From the NCBI RefSeq assembly GCF_030684315.1, contig NW_026728611.1, forward strand, positions 310,001 through 374,000: 64,000 bases of DNA, read 5' to 3'. This document shows, one piece after another, positions 37,806-47,480 of this stretch. This DNA is from Stegostoma tigrinum (Eukaryota). The notes beneath the pieces were generated by a model, which ran no database searches, had not been told where the DNA came from, and saw only the letters and a program-made list of their open reading frames with translations. A program made the position numbers and the translations under genes. The stretch's first letter is position 1. Every line of letters begins with the position of its first letter.

Positions 37806-38503
37806 TACCTATACTAGATTGACTAACCTAGTACAGACAGAAGCCTCACTCTCTCTTTCTTAGTCATGAACACCGTAGCTATTTCAGCATGTTTCTACAC
37901 TTTTTTAAACAGGCTCTGCAGAATGGACTGATCTGGACCCCAAAATATTTTCCCACAATCCATCCCTGCCACTTTATCAGACTCTCTCAAAGCTGTGCCT
38001 GCTTCAATTTTACTGTTTCACTATTTCCCACACAGTTGTTCTTTTTCTACCTTGCACTTCTCTTGAGGTTTCCGGAGTTTTTTTTCTCATTTCTTTTCTT
38101 ATTCACTTTTTTCTCGCTTATTTTACGTGTGGCAACACAAGGACTCACAACCCTCCTCTTTCCTTATTTGACTCGTGATTGTGCCAGGACTCTGAGCCCT
38201 CCCTTTTCTCCTAATTTGCAGGCTGGGCCTCGCAACCCCCTGTTCGTTATTTCAGGTTCTGACATTATTTCACACACTCTTGTGCTGTCCTTTGCATTCT
38301 CATGTTATTTCAAATATTTTCGTGTTATGTTGCATTTTCACACTAGGTCAGATGTTCTCGCGCCAGGATCCCCTTCCACTATTTTGTGTGTTCTCGCAAA
38401 ATAGTGGAAGGGTTTTCTGGCTTACAGAAGAAACCCACCAATTGCCAAGCTAGCTAGAAAGAGTGGTAATTAAAGATTCTTACCCAGATCATGGCCCAGT
38501 GTA

Positions 38504-38522
38504 ACCCTGCTCACAACAGCAA
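38504..38522 (-). promoter_or_regulatory. Decayed tRNA-Ser-type primer-binding site; leader continues to about 37806
   Basis: The minus strand reads TGCTGTTGTGAGCAGGGT, resembling the tRNA-Ser PBS TGGCGC(A/T)G(C/T)GAGCAGG(G/A)T with CpG-type decay. A GGTAAG donor follows near 38480. Confidence 0.55.
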
Positions 38523-38524
38523 TT

Positions 38525-39648
38525 TGTAGGAACATTTTCCAGAGCAGGGACAAGAACTCAGGAGGCAGGCAAGATTCAAGCAAGTGGAAGATGTTTATTC
38601 AAGCAGAGACCAGTCGACAGAGGAAACTGACTTTGGAGGATGGATCAATGACACATCCTCTGGTTTTACAAAGAAAAACAGCATTTTTTATATATCTTGT
38701 GTTACAGTAATCAATTGCAACATATTCACTGTCCTCCCCAATTAATCTAAACACACCGATCCTGTGGGACACCTAGTGGACACTTCTATAGACAGCCCCA
38801 GGTTCCATGATCTTACGCTGTTTGCTCGACATTATCATCTCTCAGCCTCAGAATCTTTCTGTGCATCCCATTCATTTGCATTCAAAAAGTTTGATGATTA
38901 TACTTCCTTGGGTCTTTCTCAGACGTGTTTATCTATAAGGACAGTTTGAAATCCATTATCTGTTGTATGTTGGTACAGTCATTTATCACATTCAGTTACT
39001 CTAATTTTCCCATTCTCCCAATGCATAATGTAAAAACAAAAAAAAAATCAGTTAGTTTAACTGATTGCTATCAGGTTAACTTCTGTATAAAGTTAATTAA
39101 AAGTGTAGTGTTGTACCATTACTTCTACAGTCAGCATTTCATAATTTATGGGTTGTGAGGGCATAAGAGAAGGCATTTCCTCAGGCTAGTTAACCTACAC
39201 ATCTAAACTTAAATGTTCGTAAGGACTGCATTATATTCTGATTGTGTCTTGAAACCAACTTATGTGATTACAGCAGTTTTAGATCGAAACTATTTAATAT
39301 TGCTGGTAGCTTCAAAGAGGCGACTATTTATGCGGTAAAAACTTTAGCTGCTTAAGAACCTAAACTAGAACATGATGTTACGCATTTACTGGGACAACCA
39401 TTTTTTTCAGTAATAAAGCTGGAATTGGCCATTTACCTGTCCTGAGGCATCCTTTTGTCAGAACTGTCTGGGATGGAAACATACAGCGTCCTTTTACTTA
39501 CCTTCTAGCAGTTCTGCTCAAGGATAAAATTATACTTCACTGTGTGAGCAGGCTGCTTAATTTTTGCTTAGCTTCTGTCTGCCAACTTGTAAGCAGGTAT
39601 GGGCAGCTTGGAGTTGTCCAGTACAAGTCACCTTACATCGCCACTACA
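38525..39648 (-). mobile_element. ERV/LTR-element 5' LTR (about 1124 bp), minus strand
   Basis: TGTAG...CTACA inverted termini, minus-strand TATA near 38690 and AATAAA near 38595. A PBS-like sequence lies immediately downstream. Confidence 0.7.
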
Positions 39649-39659
39649 GGTCACCCCTA

Positions 39660-40930
39660 CGCCAAGTCAGAAAGTGAGATGGACAGAGACGCAGTGGAAC
39701 ACGGAGAGAGAGATGGTGAGAGGGCCAAAAATATATGGCTAAAGAGACAAACAGATAGAGAGTGTGGTGCAGAGAGAGGGACAGGAGCTAATTGAGACAG
39801 AATGAGAGAGAGGGACCAATGTGAGAAGGGTACTGTGAGAGAGAGAAGGACACTGTTACAAAGGGAAAGGGTGTGAGGCAGAGAGGGAGCACAGAGGGGC
39901 AGAGAAGGAGGAGAGCATATGAAAATAGAGAGGGAACGACTTACGAGGGAGAGAGAGGGTGGGCGGAATATGTGTGAGATAGAGATCAACAGAGGGGGGA
40001 AGAGAGGGACAGATGGAAAGAGAGACAGGGGAAAGGGAGGGGATGGTGCAAACAGAGACAGATATAGAAGCAGATGAGATTAGAAGTGGAGAAAGAGCAT
40101 GGATAGGGAAGAGGGAAACAGGGAGAAGGGCAGACAGAGAGAGCCAGGAACAGATGAGGAGAGAAGGAACAAAAGGGACAGGGAGGGAGGGAGGGAGAGA
40201 GAGAGGGGAGGCAGAAGGAGGACAGTTAGAAAGAGAACGACAGAGAGAGTGAGGGATAGAGAGAGACATAGAGAGTTGGACGGTGAAGCATGTATTGGAG
40301 ACAGGGACAGACAGAGTGATGAAAGGCGGGATGGTGCTGAGAGACAGAGTAGGAAAGGAAGATAGGGATCGAGAGTGAGGGGGGAACAAAGAGCGAAAGC
40401 AATAGTGTTACAGATGGGTGAGGTGTGTGTGTGAGAGAGGGGCGACAGAGGAAGAGAGAAGGATGTGACAGAGGGAGAATATGAGTGAGGAGACCAGAGG
40501 GAGAGAGACACAGAGAGAAACGGGCAGAGGAGTGGGAAAGGGACGGCGCAGTGGGAGAGAGAGGGGTGTGGAGAAGAGGAGAGAAAGAGAGATGTGACAG
40601 GGGATAGAGAGGCGAGAGGGCAAAGAGAGAGAGGGCTAGATGGGGCGAAACGTGCAGGCAGGGACGGAGGGGGTGAGAGAGAGGGCCTGAGGAAAAGAAA
40701 GAGAGGGGGATGGAGGTGGAGTGAGCCGGTCTGGAGGGAGAGGAGGACAGAGGGAGAGAGAGGGAGCAGAGACAGGGAGGGGAACAGAGAGAGGCAGTGC
40801 GAGATGGAGAGACAGAGGCAGATATACAGAGAGAGGGATAGGTAGAGAATGGGAAAGAGAGAGAGAGAGGAATACAGAGAGAGAGAGGGCAGGCAGAGGA
40901 AATAAAACGAGGACAGCAAGAGAGATAGAA
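39660..40930. repeat. GA-rich (polypurine/polypyrimidine) low-complexity tract, about 1.3 kb
   Basis: Mostly G/A on the plus strand, built from degenerate GAGA/GAGG/ACAG units. Confidence 0.9.
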
Positions 40931-41350
40931 CATAAACATAGAAAAGTGCAGAATAAGAACAGACCCTTCAATCCAAGATGTTGCACCAAACACAACATCA
41001 AATTAAACTAATCCCTTATGCCTGCCCCTGGAGCATTTCCCTTCATTTCGTACACAACAGTGTGTGCATGTAAAATTCTCTTAAACACCCTTATGTTATC
41101 TGCCTCTACGACCACACCTGCCAGCACATTCCACACTCCTACCACACTGAGTGAAAAACATGCCCTTCACAGGTCCTTTGAACATGCCTCCCCCCTCCCA
41201 TCAACCTTTAAAACACATCTCCTGGTTTTAGTTATTTCAACTCCGAGAAAATATTCTGGTTTTCAACCCTACCTATACATCTCATAATCTTACAGACCTC
41301 TATCAAGTCTCCCCTCAGTTCCACTGCCCCAGAGAAAACTACCCAAGTTT
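40925..41350 (-). mobile_element. CR1 3' end fragment
   Basis: Tail and C-terminal pattern shared with 61955-62520. Confidence 0.6.
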
Positions 41351-41514
41351 ATCGACAAGAGAAAGAGAAAAGTGCTGGAAAAGCTCAGCAGATATGGCAG
41401 TATCTGTGAAGAGAAAAAAGAATTAATGTTTCAGATCCAGTGACTCTTCCTCAGAACTGATGGTAGCCAGGAAACTGTGTCTTTCTAGCCTCTCCTCCCT
41501 TTAATCCAGGCAGC

Positions 41515-41860
41515 ATCCTGGTAAAACTGGTAAAGCTGGTAAAGGCGCAACAACACCTGTTCTTCATGAGGAAGATGAGGAAATGGATTAAGAGATTTAG
41601 TGTATCTGCATCCTGAAAAGCATTCTATCCCAGCACAGCAACTAGCCTGCTCAGGACCGTAAGAAACTACTGAAGGTTATGTGCACAGGTCAGACCATCA
41701 CAGAAGCCAACCTTCCATTCATTAGCGCCATGACACATCTCGTTGCCAGGGAAAATCTGCCATCATAATCGAAGACCCACGCCACCCGCTAAGGCTCTCC
41801 AACACCCTCTTCCATCAGGCAGAATATACAAAGTTTGAACACATGCACTGGCGCCTAATT
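41515..41860 (+). mobile_element. Rex1/Babar-like LINE 3' fragment
   Basis: LVKAQQHLFFMRKMRK...ILKSIL...QDRKKLLKV..T.QTIT..NLP...LPSGR resembles the Rex1 C-terminus. A similar tail occurs at 63690-63930. Confidence 0.55.
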
Positions 41861-41998
41861 TGACAGAAACACTGAAATGTGCCACAGTAAACCACTGTGG
41901 GATAAGGTTGCAGAAACCAGCACTACCCTCAGGCACAGCAACATGGTGCTTCATTGCTGCAACATTGAACTGAAATCAGAAAATCCTGGATGGATTGA

Positions 41999-42906
41999 TT
42001 AATGAGTGAATTTGATTGATCGGTGAATTTGGGTAAAGGGATATTTCAGCACATTCTTCAGCTGTTGCCTGAACTTAGTCTGGGTCACGGCATAAATCAC
42101 GGTGTTTGTGCAGCAACCGAGGAGCTGCAGCATGAAGCCCAATTCCTGCACACAGCGGTCTAGATACACAGACTTATACCCAAACCACCACATCCGGTTC
42201 CACATTGAATACACCATTAACATTGACCACAACAGGACGAAATTGGCCGAGATCACAAACAGAAAAATGATGGATTTTTTTCGATTTCTCATTTCTGTGT
42301 CACACTGACCGTCCCCATTGGTGTGAGCCCGGAGTCTCCTGCGGGCTCTGCTGGTCACTAAAATGTGTCTGACGGTGAAAACATTGAGCAGCAGAATCAG
42401 GAGAAATGGGAGAGCCGGGGTTAGAATGTGGTGGAGGAACTCGATTGTGACCCAGGCACGAGAGTCATAAACACCGTCTGTTACATCACAAAACCAGGGG
42501 GCGTTCACCAGCCAATAGCGAGCTGTGAGCATAAAATACCAGAAAATGTTCTTTAAACAGCTCAGCACAGTCACTGTTCCCAGAACCACAGCCGCCGTTT
42601 TCTCACTGCAATATTTACTTTTCAGCTTCTGGCAATAAATGGCCACAAATCGATCAAAGGTGAAAGTGACGGTGAACCAGACAGAACAGTCAGTGGCTGC
42701 ATAAAGCAGGACGGCGTGGATATTACACACAGGGATGAAGAACAGGAAATAAAACTGTTCCCGATAAACAATGGGAATGTGTCTCAATATCAGATCAAGG
42801 ATAATGAGCAGTAAATCCGCTGCTGCCATGGCCCCCAGGTAACGTCTGACACATGGAGATAATCCACAATCTTTATAAAGCAGGACGTAGATCGTCACTA
42901 CGTTAA
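41999..42906 (-). CDS. Exon 2 of GPR139/GPR142-like class A GPCR (TM1 to C-terminus); spliced product 360 aa
   Basis: A polypyrimidine tract and AG acceptor (TTTGTTTTCTTTCTCCATAG) precede an uninterrupted frame VNVVTIYVLLYKDCGLS. Motifs: YLGAMAAADLL (TM2), PVCN (TM3 Cys), FTFDRFVAI (DRY-like), PWFC (ECL2 Cys), RRRLR (ICL3), CCTNTVIYAVTQTKFRQQL (NPxxY-like plus helix 8). Ends in TAA. Confidence 0.95.
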
Positions 42907-43460
42907 CTATGGAGAAAGAAAACAAATAAATTATACATCAGCCTGGAGGCAAAGCCACCAGTTTGGATGAGGATCCAGTGCGATTTTTAAATGTGTCGCT
43001 GTATTCAGAGATTTATTAAAGATATTGAGGCTGAAATGCAAATGGTAGGTTCTAAATTACTTACAAAAATGTGGCGTAAAGTACAAAAAACACTCCCCCT
43101 CCAAACACACAGGCACTCATCCATAATAACAGGTGGTTTCTCGAGCGTTCCCACATAATTGATCGCTCAATATCATGCAGAAGTCACTTCTTTGCAGTTT
43201 CTAATATGGAGGGTGAAAACATTGCTGTCCCGAAGGAAAATTGAATTAAAATTGAGGTTGGAAATTTTTGTCTTTTGGTCTAAACAGTGGTCGACCCTCA
43301 GTAATGAAGAAATGTAACTCAGGGAAAACTTATTCACCTCTTTAACTACACCGGGGGACTTCGAAACAATGTTTCCTTCCTCTCCCTGGAATGGGATCTC
43401 TTCTTTCAGGACATTATATTTTGTTCAAGTAATTGACCTCCGGGCGTTCACAGGTAATGC

Positions 43461-43940
43461 CAGTCACAGAATGTTTTGGGGAATGTCAGTTTTAGAATTT
43501 TCTAAGGAATGGCGGTTATAGAATAGGCCTGGGAACGCTAGTAATACAATATTCCAGAGACTGACAGTTATAAAATGTTCTGCAGAAAGTCGGGTATAGA
43601 ATGTTCTGGAGAATGTTGGTTATAGAATGTTCCAGAAAATGCCACGTACAAAATGCAATAGAGTCATAAAGATCCATATCACAATGGGCCTTCAGTCCAC
43701 CTGGTCTGATGAAATCCACTCAGCCTCACAGTGTTAATCTCTCATCAAACTCAACTCGACACACTCTCTCTCTCTCTCTCTCTTGCCTTTGCAATAACCC
43801 CATAGGGGCATAGAATCTTCTGGAGAGAGTCAGTTATGGAATGTTCCAGAGAATGCCACTTGTAGAATTTTCTGAATGATGTCGTTTATTGCAGTTTCCA
43901 GATAACGCTCTGGACATTTTGCAGTTTCAGAATAATGTCA
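43461..43940. repeat. 26-bp degenerate minisatellite in the GPCR intron, interrupted near 43645-43805
   Basis: Seven contiguous 26-nt units at 43461-43642 (consensus about CAGTTATAGAATGTTCCAGAGAATGC) and about four more after 43805. Confidence 0.8.
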
Positions 43941-44249
43941 GTCGCCTCATATGTAACACATAAGGGGAATAAGCAGAGCTGTTTTTTTTTTCTTAAATCT
44001 CATCCGAATAACGTCCATCCCGAGTCCAGCCAGCCTTTTAAACCTGCTCCACCATTTAATAAGCTCAGGACTGATCTGATGGTGTCCTGAGATCCATGTC
44101 ACAGATACTTTCAACTATTCAATCCTTTGTCTCGTTGTACAATTAGAGATCCTGCATCGGGAATATTAGGAATTAGGAGCAAAATTAAAGAGCAGGACCT
44201 CAACTGTTATAACCACCTGGTTATTACCTGACCCACGTGTAAATTGGTA

Positions 44250-46635
44250 CAGAAAAGAAAAGACAACTGGGGAAGTAAGGTTGCCACGAAAGGAATGGTG
44301 CAGGAAGGATGGGTTCCTTTTCGAGGGGCACTGGTATTGGTTTTGAGACAGGACGGAGCTGAACCTTTGGGACGGACTGCACCTGAACTGTTCAGCAACC
44401 AGGATATGACTCGAAAGGTGAAATACTGTCGTCGCAAAGACTGGAAACTAGTAGAAGTGGGGAGAAGTAGAAGGAGAGGTCATTAACATTTCCAGAACAA
44501 TGAGATTTACCAGGTACTTGAGATAGCTTTGGAACCAGGATTAACAAGAATTCAAGGAAATTCTACCAATTCATTAGTGACAAAACACTAACAATTGAGA
44601 CAATAAGGCCCGTTAAAGATCAACAAGGCTGTCTATCCATGGAACCACATGAAAAGGGTAAGATACTAAACAAGTGTTTTGCATCCTATATCGTGTGGAG
44701 TAGGATATATAAACTAGAGAATTTGGAGAAATACATTATGATTTCTTGAAATGTGCCAATAGTACAGAGGAGGAGGTGCTGGACGTCTTGAAATGCATAA
44801 AGTTGGGTAAATTCCTCGCAAATGAGCAGTTGTTCCCCAGAACATTGTGGGAATCTGGGGAGGTGAATGTTGGGCCCCTTGCTGAGATATTTGTATCAAC
44901 AATAACCATGGGTAATGTGTTGGAAGAGAAGGGGTTGGTATGTGGTGCTATTATTTAGGAAAGATGGTAAGGAAAAACCAGGGAATTGTGCATTAGTGAA
45001 CCCGACATCAGTGGTGCCTAAATTGTTGGAGGGGACTCCAAGGAACAGGACATATATATGAGGAAAGGTAAGGACAGATCAGAGATTTTCAACATAACTT
45101 GATTGAATATTTTGAGAAGTGACAAAAAATATTGATGATGGCATCAACTGTCTGTACAGACTTCAGCAAGGCATTCAGCAAGATTCTACGTGGTAGACCA
45201 GTTTGCAAGGTTAGATCGCATGGAATCTAGGGGCAACCAGCCACTAGGATATAAAATTGGCTTGAAGGTGGGATGCAGAGCATAATGTTAAGTGTTGACT
45301 TTTTTTGTCTGATTGGAGGCCTATGACCAATGGTGTGTTGCAAGGATCAGTGCTGTGTCCGGTAGTTTTTGTCATTTATATCAATGAGTTAGATATGAAC
45401 ATAGGAGGAAAAGTGAGTAAGTTCACAGATAACTCCAAAATTGTTGGGGTGTCAACAGTGAAGAATAATATCTCAGAGAACAATGGGACCTTGATTAAAT
45501 GGGCTGGTAAGTGGTAGATAAATTTTATTTTAGATAAATGTGAGGTATTGCATATTGAATTCCGAATCAGGGCAGTATTTATAGACTTATTGGTAGGGAT
45601 CTTCAAGGAAATAATGGAATCCCTACAGTGTTCAAAAAGGCCCTTCTGCCCTTTGAGTCCACACTAATACTCCAAAGGACATCCCACCAGGATCACCTGC
45701 ACCATATCGCTGTAAACCTGTATTTTTACTGTAAATCCAGTAATACACATCATTGGAAAAAAATGGCCAATTAACATGGCCAATCCACCCTAACTTGCAC
45801 ATCTTTGGACAGTGGGAGTAGACAAACGAACCCACAGAAAAGCCATGCACGCACAAGAAAAGCGTGCAAACTCCACATAGGCATTCATTTGAGGGTGGAA
45901 CTAAACCTGGACCCCCATTTCCGGGAAGTAGCAAGGCTAACTACTGAAACACCATGTCACCCTGGGGTGAAGGTTCACAGTTCCCTGAAGCTGGAGTCAC
46001 AGGTAGACAGGTTAGTGAAGAAAGCATTTAGTACACTTACCTTTTTTGGTTAGTGCGTTGAAGAGAGGCGTTTGGATGTCATGGGACTGTACAGAACATC
46101 AGTTAGTCCACATTTGAAATACCGCATTTAATTTTGATCTCCTTTCTATAGAAACAATGTTGTTGAACTTGCAAGTATGGAAACATGATTTATAGGGTAT
46201 TGCTGGTGTTAGAGAATTCGAGCGAAAGGGAGAGTTTGAATTGGGTGGGGCCATTATCCCCAGAGCTTTGGAGGATAATGGATGACTATATAGAAGTAAT
46301 AAAATAATGAGAGCATTGGATATGACGAATAGTCAAGGTCTTTTCTGAGGGTAGGAGAAAGCCAAGCTAGAGTGCATAGGTTTAAGTTGAGGGGTAAAGA
46401 CTGAAAAGGGTCCGAAGGTGCAACCTGCTCAGGCAGAGAGCGGTGCATGTACCGAATGAGCTGCGAAATGAAGTGATGGAGGCTGGCATCTGGATTTGTA
46501 CATGAAAAGGAAGGGGTTGGGGCATTTAGGCCAAATGTTGGAAAAGAGGACTAGGTTAATTAGGATACCTGGTTGGCATGGACAGATTGGCAGGAAGGGG
46601 CTGCCTCCGTGCTGCACAGCTGCCTGACTCTATAT
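44250..46635 (+). mobile_element. Degenerate CR1 LINE (RT to 3' end) with a nested SINE
   Basis: SDWRPMTNGVLQGSVLCPVVFVIYINEL...SKFTDNSKI; ESQVDRLVKKAFSTL; CR1 tail near 46630. Confidence 0.75.
45610..45960 (-). mobile_element. HE1-type V-SINE nested in CR1
   Basis: Reverse-complement similarity to 12662-12960. Confidence 0.7.
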
Positions 46636-46654
46636 GAGAAGGTGAACATTCAGT

Positions 46655-46800
46655 TTCTCTCAGTTCTGACGAAGGGTCACCGGACCTGGAACATTGACTC
46701 TGATTTTTGTTCATGAATGCTGCCAGACCTGCTGAGTCTTTCCAACAACTTCAGTTTCTGTTCCTGATTTATAGCATCCATAGCTTTTTTTTCAGTTTTT
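46655..46800 (+). mobile_element. PLE 3' tail with decayed hammerhead (third tail family)
   Basis: CAGTT-CTGACGA-A-GGGTCACCGGACCT-GGAACATT-GACTCTGA. Related copies lie at 47827-47856(+), 41425-41454(-) and 37710-37739(+). Confidence 0.65.
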
Positions 46801-47024
46801 ATTGAACCTCTCTAGCCTGTTACACAGAAAAGGAGGTGGCTATTCAGCCTCTTGGGTCTCTTAAACTGAAACAGGAGGAGGCTATTTGATCTCTCAAGTC
46901 TGCCACAGGGGGCCTTTTAGGTTTTGAGCCTGTTACAATGGAACAGAGGGAGGCCATGTGGGCTCTGGACTCTGTTACAGCGGAAAAGGAGGTGGCCAAG
47001 CAACCTCTGGAGCCGGTTACACAG

Positions 47025-47480
47025 GTTGAAGGGTGTGAGCTATCGGGAGAGGCTGAATAAGTTGGGGCTAGTTGGCCGGGAGCATCGGAGGCTGTAGGAT
47101 GAGCTTAAAACTTTATACAGTCATGAGCGGCATGGATATGGTGAGTAGTCAAAGGCTTTTCCACAAGGTAGGGGAGTCCAAATCTAGATGATACAGGTTT
47201 AAGGTGAGAGGGAAAAGATTTTAAAAAGGACCAAAGGGGCACTTTTTCTTTTCACACAGAGGAGCACTTCTGTATGGATTGAGCTTCAGAGGAAGTGGTG
47301 GAGGATTGTTTCGTTTTCAGGTTTAAAAGACATCTGGAAGGGGATATGACCAGGAAGGGTTTAGAGCGATGCAGGCCAATTGCTGACAAATGGGGCTAGA
47401 TTCATTTGGGATATCTCATCGCCCTGGACAAGTTGGACAGAAGGGCCTGTCAGCACACTGCACGCCTCTATGACTCTACT
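47025..47480 (+). mobile_element. CR1 3' fragment
   Basis: RLNKLGL...EHRRL, ESKSR..RFKVRG and FFFTQR motifs, plus the tail. Confidence 0.7.

Noticed and set aside
37889-38404. 171-aa Phe-rich 'membrane protein' ORF
   Set aside because: Antisense reading of an A-rich retroviral leader.
31440-39648. The two LTRs as the two ends of one provirus
   Set aside because: Opposite orientation, unrelated sequence, different lengths and different PBS types; the interior is PLE/CR1 rather than gag-pol.
39657-41011. Long Ser/Leu/Pro- or Arg/Glu-rich ORFs (up to 279 aa)
   Set aside because: Artefacts of the GA/CT low-complexity tract, which lacks stop codons.
42907-42925. TTG start and 'MFSFSI' N-terminus of the 308-aa ORF
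   Set aside because: This is the intron's polypyrimidine tract and acceptor; the real N-terminus comes from exon 1 at 59967.
43461-43642. Regularly spaced repeats as a CRISPR array
   Set aside because: Contiguous degenerate 26-mers without unique spacers, in a vertebrate intron with no cas genes.
43516-43719. 67-aa minus-strand ORF as a nearer first exon of the GPCR
   Set aside because: It translates the 26-bp minisatellite and has neither a TM1 motif nor a suitable donor.
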